Shown here: piece by piece, positions 14,301-28,200 of the stretch
Position numbering within the stretch: the first letter of the stretch is position 1
Layout: the number at the start of each line of letters is the position of its first letter
Assembly (NCBI RefSeq): GCF_964204865.1
Contig: NC_135264.1
Location: 4,960,001 to 5,024,000 of the forward strand
From: Styela clava
Taxonomy: Eukaryota
DNA: 64,000 bases
Reading direction: 5' to 3'
Made by a program: the position numbers and the translations under genes
The notes under the pieces: generated by a model
The model's database searches: none
Told to the model about the DNA's origin: nothing
Seen by the model: the letters and a program-made list of their open reading frames with translations, nothing else

Positions 14301-17300
14301 AGTAGTTGATTTAGGAGCGAATTTTAATTTCGTTGTTATCATCAGCGCATTACTCATATGGTGAAAGAAGAGCTGCTGTGGAGCATAATGGCATCACAGA
14401 TTGCAGCCCTGTGTACGTATTCATCCAATACATTATGTATCGTAATGCGCATATAATATGTAGAGGCAATCGCATTGTTACGGCAAGTAAATAGAGTACG
14501 TGCTCATAAAATATAATAAGCGTATATGTACATTAGTCCGTATGAATTGCTGTGTATTTCATCTGGCTGTATTTGCTGCATATGTATATATATACTACTT
14601 AAATGGCTGTATATGTATATTAAGTAGACTATATGTGCATATTTTTGGCTGTATATGATTAACACATCACCAACACCACTCGTGTCTGATAGTTTCGAAT
14701 TTTAAATGCAAGCAGAAGGGCCATTGCTATCCATAGCTTGCGTTCTCAAAAACTCTGTGAACTAACAGAAGCCATAGCAGAAATCGTTTTTTGAATTGCA
14801 AAAATCCCGTTTTTCGAAAAATAGGAATTTCGTAAATAATTGTAAAATTAGCTCGATGGTTTTTGCCCTGTAATCGTTTTGCGGCGTTTTAAAATCTAAT
14901 AACCGTCCATTTGTATGAATTATTTTGACGTAGATTGAAGTACAGCCTAACGTGACAATAAATGACTTACGTATTTAGGCACAAACTGCTGCTTTCACGT
15001 TTGGGTAGGCTTTGCAGTAACCATTTGGGTGGGTTTCTCAGAAAACATAGATCAAGAAATCGCAAGTTTTAATGCAATTGTTCAAAAACGTACTCTATTC
15101 AAACGTGTTAGAGACTACAACGTTAAATTATAACAATTGGCTATGCAAGATGTCGTACTCTACATCTGTCGAAAATGTCGAATGAACTTCCTGGAAATCC
15201 ATTCTAGCGAATGAAAAGTGCAACCAAGCGTTAAATCGAAAATAGCGTTGTGGTTCGAGTTATATAGACTACGAGGTTATTGCTAATTAAAAATGCAAAT
15301 GAACTGACGTTCAGGGAAACGGAGAAATTTTCAGGTGACCATTTATAACCAACGGTAAAAAAATTATCAACTTTTTTGGTTTGCGGCGGAAAGATATTTG
15401 GTATGAATGAGGCCCATTTTATTCTTTTCCACGAAACCTTTTTATTCAATGCTTTTGCAAATAATAAATGCAATGGAACACGAGGAGGGCTCGTGATATA
15501 AGTGAGGATGAAATATATATGTGCTTGGCTGCTTGCGCATTGTCAACGCATGGCTGGAACATCACTAAAGTCATGTATGTTATGCGCCAATCACTACTTG
15601 CACTGTCAAGCTGATTGACAACGATGCCTTTCTCCTTGCAAACGAAGTTTTTTTTTATTGTTATCGTAGCTTCTTAGTCCATGAAATTAATTTTCAACTT
15701 GCAATATTTGCCAATGAAATACTTTAAATATAAGTAGGACGACAGTTTTTCTATTTTTTTTTTTTTTGCGGTGCTCGGATATTGAATTAATGACCTTCTC
15801 GTGTCCCCTCAGTTCCATTCCATGTTTTTTAGCACATGAAGAAGAAGAAAAAACTACCATTTGAAGACAAGTTCTCCGGGCCCAGCTTATATAATATCAA
15901 AATTTTTCCAGTTTAAATTGAACGTCGTTAGTCATTTAGATTGCGATTTTAATTTTTTAAATTTTCCTCATAATGCATTTTTCTGAATCAAATTCAGTTT
16001 ATTTGTTTGAATTATATTGAAATTTTGAATCAACTATGAGATATAATTTTGAGGAGGAACGAAAATCAAAAGTGTTGAAATGTTAGCTGTCGATATAAAC
16101 AACTCCATGAAAACTTAAAATTTATAAACTTTTTTTAGCTTAATAAATCTTGCATTGATAGCTGATATTGTGAATTCTAAAAACGTAACGATCAATTACT
16201 GTTATGTTCTAAAAATACATTGATAAATTCACGGGTATACAAATGTCATTCATATTTGAACATTCATATTTTACAAGAACGCCTGGTCCGCCCCGCGCCT
16301 GCAATACACTGGAATGCTCGTAATTGGTCGATTTATATCAAATAATGATTGTAAAATGCGTACATTTTTAATAAAATAAAGGTCATGTGATCTGTACTAT
16401 TCATCAGGATCATAAAATAGGGAGAAACTTTATGGGGTTCATCGGAAGGTTTACCTTTGTTGTCGGAACGTTCATTAATGCGACTGATATTTTACACTAT
16501 ATTTTCATTATTTCACAACTTGGTCAATAGGCTGTAGTCTCTATTACATATTTCTTTATTCTAATCAATGAGTAAAAATGTCAATTTTTTTGATAAAACA
16601 ATAGCTTAATGTCTGTGAATGAAATTATTTTGATAGGATGCCAATAATAACGCGACTTATCAAAAATACAAATTTACTGCTTTATACATCATTGTTTCAT
16701 ACATGGCTAGATAAAACATAATTTAGTTACAATCGAGCAATATAAGCACAATCGTTTCCGATTACGAATCTTTAAAGCAGATATATGAACTTGGTGATAA
16801 CTTTGCACAAGGCTTCTTTTGTTTCAGTAATAACGAATCAACAGGCTTGTCTATAGGAATTCCCTGGGAAATATCTCATGCGATGGAACAGCGCACATTT
16901 GTATTTTCCAAGGCACATGTGAGACAAGTGGACTCATGGGACAAGTTAGACACGTGGGGCAATTGAAACAAGAGGGATACGTAAGACGAATGGGACAATT
17001 TTATATAAGATTACGTTTTGTGCGTCAAAAAATTTACATTTTCCTTACCGGCGAGATTTTAACATGATGGTGAGGTAACGTAGTAGCACGTTAGAACGTA
17101 CATAGTCAGAGTCAGAAATCGATATATAAGATCAGATATCGTAAATATAAGCTGGTGATAATTAATCACGGTATAGCGTAAGCGATATAGATAATAATAA
17201 TGCATTCTAGAGCGCGAACATTCTGCATTCGAAATTTAAATCTCTTACCCTAGTAATCGAAATGTGCAAATTAGAAGGCGTTTGAGAGTTCGCGAACTGC

Positions 17301-18984
17301 AAATTTCTCTCACTTTAAAAATGGAGAGAGAAACGAGAAATGTCATTATTCTCATTATCAAATGCTAGCGAAAAAAGGCTATTTTTGCAATATTTTGTGG
17401 TGAACGGCCTGTTTAAAAAGGAAGCACTTCCGAGAAACTACCATTCCGTGAGTCATATGACGACAAGCTTCAGATATGGAAAAGAAATCCGTGGTAAGTT
17501 TATGAGATTCAGTATAGAATGAATATTTACCGTAAAAATTTGGGCTTTTATCTTTAACTATTACTGTTCAACTTGGTCGTGTAGCTTGTGAACCTGCACC
17601 ATTATTTGAAAATAGGAAAGAGCATATTCAAGCCCTAGTAATTGTCACAGGCCCTGTTTTATACTGTCGTTATATTTTATTGGCTGAGCGCTAGTGACTT
17701 TCCTGCAATGAAAACTGTATTTAAAACCATACCAAAAGTTCAATGGTATAATCCGAAGATCGTAAACACGAAATCATTGCAAGATGATAACTAACAACAC
17801 CATAAAATTATATTAAAAAACCTTTTGGCACTGTGTAGTGTACATTTCACTCTAAGTTTTAAAAATTGTTAGCCAGAAATATTGTGCAAAAAAATTTAAA
17901 TTTTGCAAAGTTTTTTCGTTAACTTTTAAATTTCAATTTCGTTCAAGACAATTTTAGGATGTCGTTATTGTATTTTTAGAGTGACAAACTCGTCAAGTTA
18001 AAATAAGCAAAGTATCAATTATCTCTCTTTGCACTTACTATCTCTGCCAATTCTTAAAACAAATAACATGTCTTAAGTGTAGTAATTATCTGCTATCGAG
18101 CGCCGAATATCTTTTGTGCGTGTTTTTAAAATAAACTAAACCAACAAACAATTTAATTCGCTTAAGGCCACAGGGAACCATTTGTAAGCCGTGATATATA
18201 TAATTAAATAATAACAAAACAGACTCTAACCTAATTAGCAGCTTATTACACGAAATTACACAACTTCGAGGAAATGTCTGATTTTCTGATTATTGTGTTA
18301 GGTTTAATTCTCTTCGCATACGCGATAGCCGGATATGTACGTTAAGTGCTAGTTTCAGCATTGACTCATATGCGGTAAATTACATACCTCGTTGAAAAGT
18401 TATCGAAAATGAAGAAATGCAATATGGTAGCTGTAAATGATGATGAAAATCATAATGTATTCCACTCGAATATATTAAGTTGCGCATTGCGGAATGAATA
18501 ATATTGGTATGACTCACAATATTCAATTTCGAGTAAACTAAGAAAGTTTGTTCCAGTTTACGATGGAAACTTACGTGTTTATCAAACTTTACTTAGTCAT
18601 TGCAAATTTTTCGATACCGCTTGCATGTTAGCACTTTCCGCTTTAACACGGGCAACTACACTTACGGAATGCCTTCGTTGTCTTAAATCACATAATAAGT
18701 GAGTGTGCATATATCAATGCACCTAACATTACCGTTTGAAGCAATTGAGTTGTTTCAAAAGTATGCTGACTCTGCGTCAGTGAATTTGTCACAATCGCAA
18801 TATCAGTTAGCAAATTGTAACTTGAATTTCGGTGATCGCGGCAAGCCATGTTATTGCCAACTGCATTATGATAATTTGGCAATTGTATGTTTATACATTT
18901 ACTGCCTGAAGGAAGTGCTCATGTTCCACATTTATAATAATTGTACCTATGAAACGAATTCTTTAATAGCTTAGAATTATATAC

Positions 18985-19120
18985 ATTTTTGGATCTCCGC
19001 TCTATAGGAGACACTTATTATCAGTCGTTCTGTCTGTCTGTGTATCTGTTGGATCTCCGCTCTATAGGAGACCCTTATTATCAGTCGTTCTGTCTGTCTG
19101 TCTGTCTGTCTGTCTGTGTA

Positions 19121-19157
<37 letters not shown>

Positions 19158-19430
19158 TTAGATGTAGCGTCTTAATGGCTGGACCAATCTGGATGAAATT
19201 TTTCACATGGGTTATCCTGTCACCCTAGTAATGTGCGTTTTATAGAAAGTCCAGATAAATGTTTCGTTTCCATGGTATCAACGAAAAACGCTCCGATCGT
19301 TATGAAATTTATATTTTTTTCACAGTTTATCGCCGTTTTCTCGCCAACCAAGTCGAAAATTAAAATTCCAAGAGCGCTTCCTTCCGCATGGCAAAGTACT
19401 CTTTCCAATAAGTCGTCTTTGGTCTCGATA
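18985..19430. mobile_element. Helentron-associated/DINE-1-like element with (TCTG)n microsatellite
   Basis: T-run plus hairpin TCTCC-gctctata-GGAGA, duplicated as a 60-bp tandem (18989-19108). This is followed by a long (TCTG)n tract and the core ggaccaatctggatgaaattttt. Right boundary approximate. Confidence 0.6.
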
Positions 19431-19447
19431 CTTCATAAACTGGAGAA

Positions 19448-19987
19448 GCCTTAGGGATTTCAGTGAACATAATTTCCCCATTTAGTCACAGTATATCAGT
19501 CACGTGAGTATGTCAACGGAACGCGCAGCGTTTGAAATGAACTCAACGGAACTGATGAGCCGGTGCAGGTGCTCTTAATAACGGAATTATTATTTGCTTG
19601 AGATTTGATGTACTTCTCGCTGTTAGTGGGTGGTTCACCTAAACGCTGGCTACAGTTTCTTTAACTATTTAAGTCTATAAATTAGGATTGCTATATCCGA
19701 ATCAAACTGGTAAGCAGACATCGTTGTATAAATATGATAAATAAATAATCCTATTAAACCGTAAAGTACCGGGAAAATGTTGAGTCTTGCATGTATATAT
19801 GTTCCTTCAGCTTAAGTTGTAATCATAATGCCTAGGGGATTTCAGTGAACATCATTTTCTCATTCAGTCACAGTATATCAGTCACGTGAGTATGTCAACG
19901 GAACGCGCAGCGTTCAAAATGAACTCAACGGAACTGGTGAGCCGGTGCAGGTGTTCTTGATATACGGAATTATTATTTGCTTGAGAT
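19448..19987. repeat. imperfect direct duplication of about 157 bp (19448-19604 and 19830-19987)
   Basis: Near-identical blocks gggatttcagtgaacat...gtcacgtgagtatgtcaacggaacgcgcagcg...tatttgcttgagat; the block includes the 3' end of the 85-aa ORF. Confidence 0.9.
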
Positions 19988-20139
19988 GCAATACGAGCTG
20001 CAGACGCTGATACTTGTTGTGTTGCTAAAATAGCGTACTGGCTGTCGTACCCTTTTTTACGAAGGTGGTCGGCAAGTGCTTCTACGGAATCTTTTATGAA
20101 TTCGGCATCACGTTTACAATCTTTGAAATACGCCGTCAT
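19882..20139 (-). CDS. 85-aa predicted all-helical protein, weak resemblance to the GIT1/2 C-terminal FAT-like domain
   Basis: True ATG, protein-like composition, locally higher GC, and amphipathic helices (AEFIKDSVEALADHL, QQVSASAARIASQA, HRLTSSVEFILNAARSV). Confidence 0.4.
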   Translation of the reverse strand: MTAYFKDCKRDAEFIKDSVEALADHLRKKGYDSQYAILATQQVSASAARIASQANNNSVYQEHLHRLTSSVEFILNAARSVDILT

Positions 20140-20607
20140 TGCCCCGCAACAAATAATCGTCAGCTAGTGCAAAACCTACTCGCCTCTCGCCTATTTCTTG
20201 CGAGGAAATTTTCATGAATTCACTTCCAAGCGCACAAATTAAAGAGATTTAAATCTGAACGAAGTTAGGCCGACCACTAAAGTGCTACAGAGACTAAAAT
20301 GAATTGGATCCTCGCGATATACTGTATGCCGCGGGCCTGGGTGTCAGCGGAGATCCTGGACGCCCACCGGCTTGTTAAGTTTTACAACTACCCAAATCTG
20401 TATTCATTTCGTGTATATTTTGAAACTTCAGCACGCCCTATACGTGAAATAGGTTTCGCTATAACCTGCTCTGATGATGAGTATGTGCTGTGTAGGCCGA
20501 GAAATGCTTTATATTTTGTTTGAAAACTATGAGCTACCAATATTTTGGAGGGATTTTAGCAATCAGAGCGTAATTATTAATAATATCTACCAAAATTATT
20601 TTTTCAG

Positions 20608-23600
20608 CAAAACTCCTGGTACTGCGCATTTGTTCTACATGTATCAATACATCCAATAGCGATTATGGTTCCATATGCACTGACGTGTATGAACCCGATG
20701 ATACCTGTCATTGAACGCCTATATAATGAAACCTATATGGTGAGTGAAAACAAAACAATGTTCGTTACGCATGCAACTGATTGCGTCATTCAAACATTTA
20801 TAGTGCAACTGATATTCCTATGCAAAGGGTCTGCACCGTTTAAAGTCAATCGTAGAATACTGTATAAGGTACATTGAATAACATTGAAAAAACAAGCCTG
20901 ACCAATTTGTTGCGCAATCCTTTATTCGCGTTGCAAAAATCGAAGGACACAAAACTGTCGAGAAAAAATTAACCACGTAAGAATTTGTTGTTCACAGAAT
21001 CGCCATGGAGAAGAGTTGCCTGAAAACACTTGGACATTACTTTTATCAATGACAATGTCCATGGTTCTGATTGGGGCGTTTGTTGGTTCTTTGTCCTTTA
21101 AACTTCTTCTTAATTGTCTGACCAGAAAACAAGTGATGATTACATTGCATGTATTAAATGCAAGTGGGTATGTTATAATAGCAATTGGAGGTGGAATTTG
21201 GGGAGCCTATGAAGCATTTGTGTTGGGGAAATTTGTAACCGGATTAGGACTTGGCCTTGGATTGAGTAAGTTCCATTTTATTGCCTACATGTCCTCTCAT
21301 TCATACTCAAGTAGTAGACAATACTTTTGATTCATTAAAAAGCCCTCCCAGAATTTTTTTTATATTTTTGAATTTGTAAATGTCATTTCGTTTTCAGGCA
21401 CATTTATTATATATATTCCAAACTGGAAGGACGAAGGAATGAGTAGAGAATATAAATTTACCTTTAATAAATTTGGAGGGAATTGAACATATTTTTAATG
21501 TCAAAAATATTTTTGAATAACATTCAGTTTGTATGGCAAATACCATTTTTATCAGTGTCACCTATCTAACAGGTATAATACCTCTGATCATCAACGAGAC
21601 AAGTGTACCACACCGACGCGAGTTCTATAGCGCCGTATTTGGTACAAGCATGTCTTCAGGATCAGTAATTGGCGTATTTGTTGGCTGGTCGAAGGTATAT
21701 ATTTAGTTCGTCTTATAACATTTTCTAAATTTGACAGTTCCTTGCAACAAACATTATTTGTCTATTTTTGTAACTGAACTCATTCACGACAATGATCTGC
21801 AATTGAAGGGGTGTTTTCACAGGTTGTGGACTAAAGCCAATTCAATATTATGACAATTACTTTCTCAAGTCTAATTTTACAGGTACTAGGAACCGACGAA
21901 ACGTGGGTAGGAGTTATGCTTTTTGGAATGATTACATCTGCAGTATATTTGGGTGGAGTTTATTGGATAGAAGAAACACCATATCAAGCAAAGCTAAAGT
22001 ACGGAAACCAACAGGCTAAAAGAATTTTGGAAAAACTTAGAAGTGGCGGAAGATTCAGTGTAAGATTTATTATTTTTTGCAAATTTCTCTGAAAATATTT
22101 CGAAAGACAGCGAAATTTATGAACCAAATTTCAAATTAGTATGTATTATAAAATATGTTTAAATGTTTCAGTCAGATCTCGAAATGGAAATGAAGTCACT
22201 TTTAGGAGAAACCAGTGATGGATCTACCGAGGGTGGTGTAGCAACACTTTCCGAGGTCTTGACGACACCCCAGTACAGGTATGCTCGTCAACAACAAAAA
22301 AACAAGAGAAATTATAAATAATTTGAAGAGACGTTCAGGAAAAAACATTCTTTGAATGCAAGAGCTTTGTGTTGAAAACTGCAGGATACTATATATACCA
22401 AATTTTTAACATAAAATCTTCTAAAATCCCTGCAAATGACATTGCTGCGACACAAAAAGTCATTTCTACAATTTAGCAAAGAATATTTTTAAAAAAAAAT
22501 CTTTTTTCGTCTTTCTTCATAAATCATAGTTTACTCTAATTACTGCGAGAGCATAAACTGCTAATTTGTTCCTAAAAACCATAAAGACTGTTACTGGAGT
22601 TGCCAGTTTGAATTTATTATTTCTGCATCATTGACTGCGGATGAAGCGGTTACTAAGAAACGCATGTGTGAGCTTGTTTTGGAAAAGACGCAGTTCATGT
22701 TGTAGTACAGTCATCCCTCATTGAAATTTATTTCAAATTTTATTTTAATTTTCGCAGACGACATTTCATTGGTTCCATAGTTCTGTTCTCTTATATGATG
22801 ATCTGTGGACTGAACAACATTCTCTTCTTCTCGGATCAAATATTTTTAAGCGCCAACGTTGATCCAGAAGTTGTGACACCGGCAACCCTGGGAGTTCTTT
22901 CAATGGGCCCGATCGTTTCAGTCGGAGGGGTAACTTATGTTATACTATGTAATATATTAATAAGAGCGTAACTTTGATAATTTTAGTTCTCATATAAACT
23001 CATAACAGAAATCACAACAAAAATACGTATTATCCCGCTGTAGTTGAAACATCTGATTTTAACGTGTAACCTTAATTAATAAAAATCCGAACCATAACAA
23101 GAACGGTAGAAGATAATTATTTTCATGTTTTGGTTTGATCTTTTTATTTTACTTATTTAACTTTGGGAAATTACTATTCATGTCAAAATATAATTTTTAG
23201 ATGTTTCTCCTGAAGTTTATTGAACCAAAAAAGCTTCTGCTGTTTGGAAGTGTTGTCATGATATTAGGAGATATATTCATGACAACAAGTCAGGCGACAT
23301 ACGAACAGATTCCAGCTATGACCTATGGAGCTATTGCTGCAGTTTTTGTATTTTATTTTGGGTAAGCAAAAATACCATAGAATACTCCACATGTTAGATA
23401 TGTGATATTTGATTTAATGAAATTTATTATTTATAAAATTATGTAGTATGTTTGGTCAACGGCTACTTATAATTGAACGTATCTGCATGGACTGACGGTT
23501 TCGTTTAAAAGAAGTTTTTTGAACTGTTGATAACATTATGAGTTACATGAGTGTTTTTGCCTAATTGCCTTGTATATTTTATTTAGCTATATGTTTTTAA

Positions 23601-24392
23601 ATCTGCTTGCTCTCATGATAGTTGGATCTATCACAATAGACAGAACACGTCCTGTATGTACAAACATAGGTGGAGCTGCCTTATGGTTTTCAGCTTGGCT
23701 TGTTGGATTTTTAGCCACATATTTGAAGGTAATATTATTATGCTCTCTGCTGTGATACATAATGATGAATTTGAAAAAAAAAACTTTTTTAGAGGAATTA
23801 AATTAATATTGATATCGGTCTAAGTTTTGATCGGCGATTTCATGCCCATGCCGAACAAGTATCCACTTATTCACAGTTTCAAAACGTGCATATGACGCAA
23901 ACAAACATTTTGCACAAACGAGTTTGAAAATAATTAATTAACTGATTCAAAATTTAGTCCAAAATTTTACAAGAAACACATATTTCAATCCGTATTAAAA
24001 AATCAAGATAAATCGGACGAAACGTTTTTGGTCCACCCTGAATTACATCTTCGAGGTAAACAGGTTTACCATCAGCAAGAAAGCCGAGACGTTGTTAGTT
24101 TCAGCCAGGTGGCATTACAAATTTTCTTGATGAATTTTAGTTCAGCAAATTTGTCAAAATGTAGTAGGTACGCGGAAATGTATAATATTTGCATTGAAAT
24201 CCAATTTTTATTCAAATATTTTTTCATCGTTCTGAAATTTACTGTTCGTTTTTTCAGATCTGGATTGGTCCGTTTGCTTTTCTTGTCTGGATGGGGTTCA
24301 CTATCATAATAACCGTTTACATCATATTTTATCTACCCAATACAAAAGGAAAAACATCTGAGGAAATTCAAGAATTTTATAAAAACAATTGA
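20608..24392 (+). CDS. facilitated sugar transporter, SLC2A/GLUT class II-like (SLC2A5/7/9/11-related), divergent; first exon not located
   Basis: In-phase exons 20608-20739, 20998-21265, 21573-21694, 21883-22059, 22172-22278, 22758-22929, 23201-23361, 23587-23728, 24258-24392. Motifs: LYNETYMNRHGE, IGAFVGSL, EETPY (PESPR-like), CGLNNI, TRP, LPNTKGKTSEEI (PETKG-like); 12-TM hydrophobic pattern. Confidence 0.9.
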
Positions 24393-25222
24393 TGTGAAAA
24401 ACTTGACTGAAACAACGTAAATATGGCTGCTTTTCAGTCTCAATTAAAAAACATCTGTGTGCAGATGAATTAATTTGTTCATATCTTGACGAAAGTTGTC
24501 AATCAGAATTAAGTCAACGTAAAAATGTGATTTTCGTTCGCATTATTCATATTCAGGTATTTTTTTACATAACGAATGCAGTTGCAAATGCAATTACTTG
24601 AATTTTCTACGAATAATTTTTACGGCGACAAGAGCAGCGACTCAGCGAGCATATCCTCTATTGTTGGTTCGTAGCCCATGGCTACCTATAAACATTGATG
24701 GGTGCGTGATGGGCACACAGCAAGGGCGAATTTTTTAGTAGAACCCTGAATATTGTGGTTTTTGTATGATTGTGATTGCTGCCAGAAGCAAAATGATTTA
24801 TTTGATGTTATAATATTTGACAACGTTACATTATCGCATGTATTGTGTGTGTATGCTTTCTCAGTACTATTAACTGCTCTACGTCTCCTGAGGTAGATAA
24901 ATGGGCAGAATATATATATTGTTTATAACCATATGTATATAGCCTACGTATCTTAAAAAAGTTTGTAATATATAATGATGCCATTATTTTTGGAAGCTTT
25001 ATCTGAAAACTAAAAATGCTTCTGCGGGGCACATCTAGGTACTAACACGCAAAAGTCGTTTAAAAATCCCGCAGACTTTTTTGTAACTTAAAACAATTGG
25101 CTCAAATTTCAAATGATATGAGATTCTTTTACAAATATTCTTATATCCTTGATCAGGCAAAGAATACTAGAAGAGAATTCTCCTAAACACAACACTGCTA
25201 TTGCAAAAGTGAATATGTTAGA

Positions 25223-28200
25223 CTAAGCCGAGGAACAGTATTTTATATAGTTCTCCCTTTCTATGGCTGTGGGATTTATTTGAAGCGAAGCATGTATAGT
25301 ATTTTTATCTAGTTCTCCAAATATAAATCTCCCACGTGAATCTCGCTTTAACTTCTCTTTGAATTCTGCATCTTCAACAACAAGCAGAACAACGAAATAG
25401 TGTTTCTTTGTGATGGAAATTCCCATCTTCGATACAATAGACAAGCTCGAGATGTTGACTATCATATATATATGCCGAAAGCGCTGCTCATTTTTTAAAA
25501 TTCGTGTTCAGCTGAAAATGATTTGAATAATTGCAGCCATGAAATAAGAGTCTACTAATTTTCTCTCCACAACATTGTACTGATAAGTATGACGGAGTCA
25601 ATTTGATCCTATCGAAAGCATTAAATCATCGATTCGGTTTTGAATTTTTTTTCAATCATCTACCATTTCGATTTAAAAAAGTTACGCATTTTTGGATAGT
25701 CATTCATTGTGGTTATTGGACACATAGTAGGCATATATATGGATCCCTTTGTTATTGGACACGTTCAGTGGACATAACGATCGTTTCAATATTTTGTTGT
25801 TGTTCTTGTTGTTATTATATTTCGTCATCATTATAAAATCGCTTTTCTCTTCGAATATTGAACCAATTGCTTTAAGCAATTGCTTGCTTTTCAGTGAGTA
25901 AAGATCATATTTTTCGCTAGAAGGCTATTACTTTCATTTATCAATGTATTGTGCGCTATTACGCCATCATAATTTGCCACTATGTGGCGCAACGTGTTCA
26001 TATATTTGAGCATAGCTCTCTTGTTATGTTTTTGTTAGAATTTTTCTTCCTGCCACTTTTTAAAAAATCGCTTCTCTCTCTTTTATTACTGGACCAATTG
26101 TTTTGAAATTTTCAGTGGTCAAGGTTGATTTTTTTGCTAGAAGGCTATTACTTTTTCTTATTACAAACACAAAATATTTTGTGAGCTCTAAGAGATTTTT
26201 TTGATGACGTCATCAAAATAAATTTAATCCGCCAAGCGTGACGGCGGTCGTGAACTTTTATTTTTGCAAAATCTTGCTACGATGAGGTCCGAAGTTTCTC
26301 GACACCCGCGAGGGACGCCAACAATACGGTAAATTACTGTGAATGATAAAGTACTTTAAATCAATTAATACTTCAGTTGTTAGTTGGATAATATCGCAAT
26401 TTCAATTCACGCTGGCACAAGAGAGGAACTGGTAAAGTTAGGGCAGTTCGGGCACCATTACTGCTAAGTTACGCTACGGTACCGTCCCGTATCTGCTTCA
26501 CTGTTCAGCTTTGGTCAGGATACGGTGTAAATTGATGGTAAAATATTTTGTTTTGTTCTACATAAGAAAGAATGGATCATCTTCACAGGACCGGGACAAG
26601 CTACAGTTATTCATGGATACGATGGGTACCTTGGTGACGTGGTGTGATTCGGATCAGTTGGTATTCAAATTCACATTGAAGCCAAATCATGAGGGAAGGA
26701 TCATCGTCACGGGACCTGGAAAGGTTAGGGCAGTCCGTGTACTGTAACCCTGATAGGCCCGCAGAGTAGTAAGCAACTCGCCACAGAGGCTATCTCATGA
26801 TGGGCCCGCCATTCCGCTGCGATTATTGGACTATTTTGTCTTCGTCGGAAGGGATAGGATTCACTTAAAATTTCAATAGTGATATTGAATTATATGTGTT
26901 TTGATTTGAATGAGTGCAAGCGATAACAAAGTGACCGGACATTGTGCTGCTGAGATACCTTACCATATTGCATATGTTTTTCGGAGGAATTGATGGTAAG
27001 ATATTTTGTTTTGCCAGCCGTGTCCATATATTTGAGCATAGCTCTCTTGTTTTTAAAACAGAATAAAATTCACAGAAGATATGTAATATTCAATCGGCAT
27101 TATTGCGAATATAAACCAAAGATTTAAAGTATAAAGTTGCCAAAAAATAATAAAAGCAAAAAGAAATATGTGGAAAACGTTTTTGCTACATAGTTGTTGT
27201 TCCTGTTTGAAATGGGGATCTTCCTCCAGATTTTACTGAAAATAAATATTCAACCGTTAATTTGAAAGTTTCATTTGTTGCCAAATGAAATTGTTAACAA
27301 AGCTTTTAGGTGTATGTTTGTATTTCCACCCCTGTGTGGAAACTTTTCCATAGCAAGAGCGACATTGTTGGTAATGATGTTTTATTTACAGGTGTGTCAG
27401 ATCAAAAAACGTTATTCTTAGATCCAAACATGGAACCTGGTTGTAAAGATTTTTTTTCAGCCAATCATATATCGTAGACTTGATTCGTGTTTTATAAATC
27501 ATAACTTACGAAAGTTTGAAATACTTTTCATTGTTCGTCTATATTTTGTGCGTAGTTTGACTGAAGAGGCTTGAAAATATATTTTTTTTTTATCATTTTG
27601 AAAATATACTATCTTCACCTTTATTATGGCTCAATGATGAACGGATCCTGTTCCCTATGCCTCTCAACCATACATCACGAACTTCCTTCCTCCATACGCA
27701 GAATATAAAGAAGATGAAAGTTCCCTGAAAAATGAATTTCTTGCATTTCTAACATTGAGCTGTATTTCTTATATATATGTAAACCGCTGAATAGGTGCTA
27801 CTTTGCTCAATGGAATTTCAAATGATTGCCTACAAACTGAATTCAATATTTAATGATTTAAAAGAGGAAGTATTGAAATGTCAATCCAAGCTCAATAAGT
27901 ATACTTCTATCTATACTAACAATACTCTCAAATATTAAATACCGGAAAGTTATTCATTGATTTGCATAAACAAAACATTTTCGTACCTGGAATGCATTGA
28001 ACAATGAAAACAGCCAATCGAACACTAAGTTCACATGTTGATTATCGGTCGTTGTTAAAGGTATAGCAAAAGCCCATGTCAAGCCAAGAACAGCAGAAAG
28101 TGTTGCAACTCGAAAAACATGATCTTTTAGTTGTAAATTTACGGATCTCTGCCCAAGCTATAAATAAATGATATATACGTGTAAGCATTGATGCTGCAAA

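Noticed and set aside
18989-19228. 79-aa ORF with (CLSV)n repeats
   Set aside because: It is a translation of the (TCTG)n microsatellite inside a repeat element.
19552-27577. Hammerhead ribozyme-like cores (ctgatga at 19552 and 20471, ctgaaga..gaaa at 27561)
   Set aside because: No stem II or flanking helices can be formed around them.
27390-27790. Apparent small plus-strand gene with a PPY motif
   Set aside because: It is the antisense reading of the GPCR TM7 exon (27724-27619).
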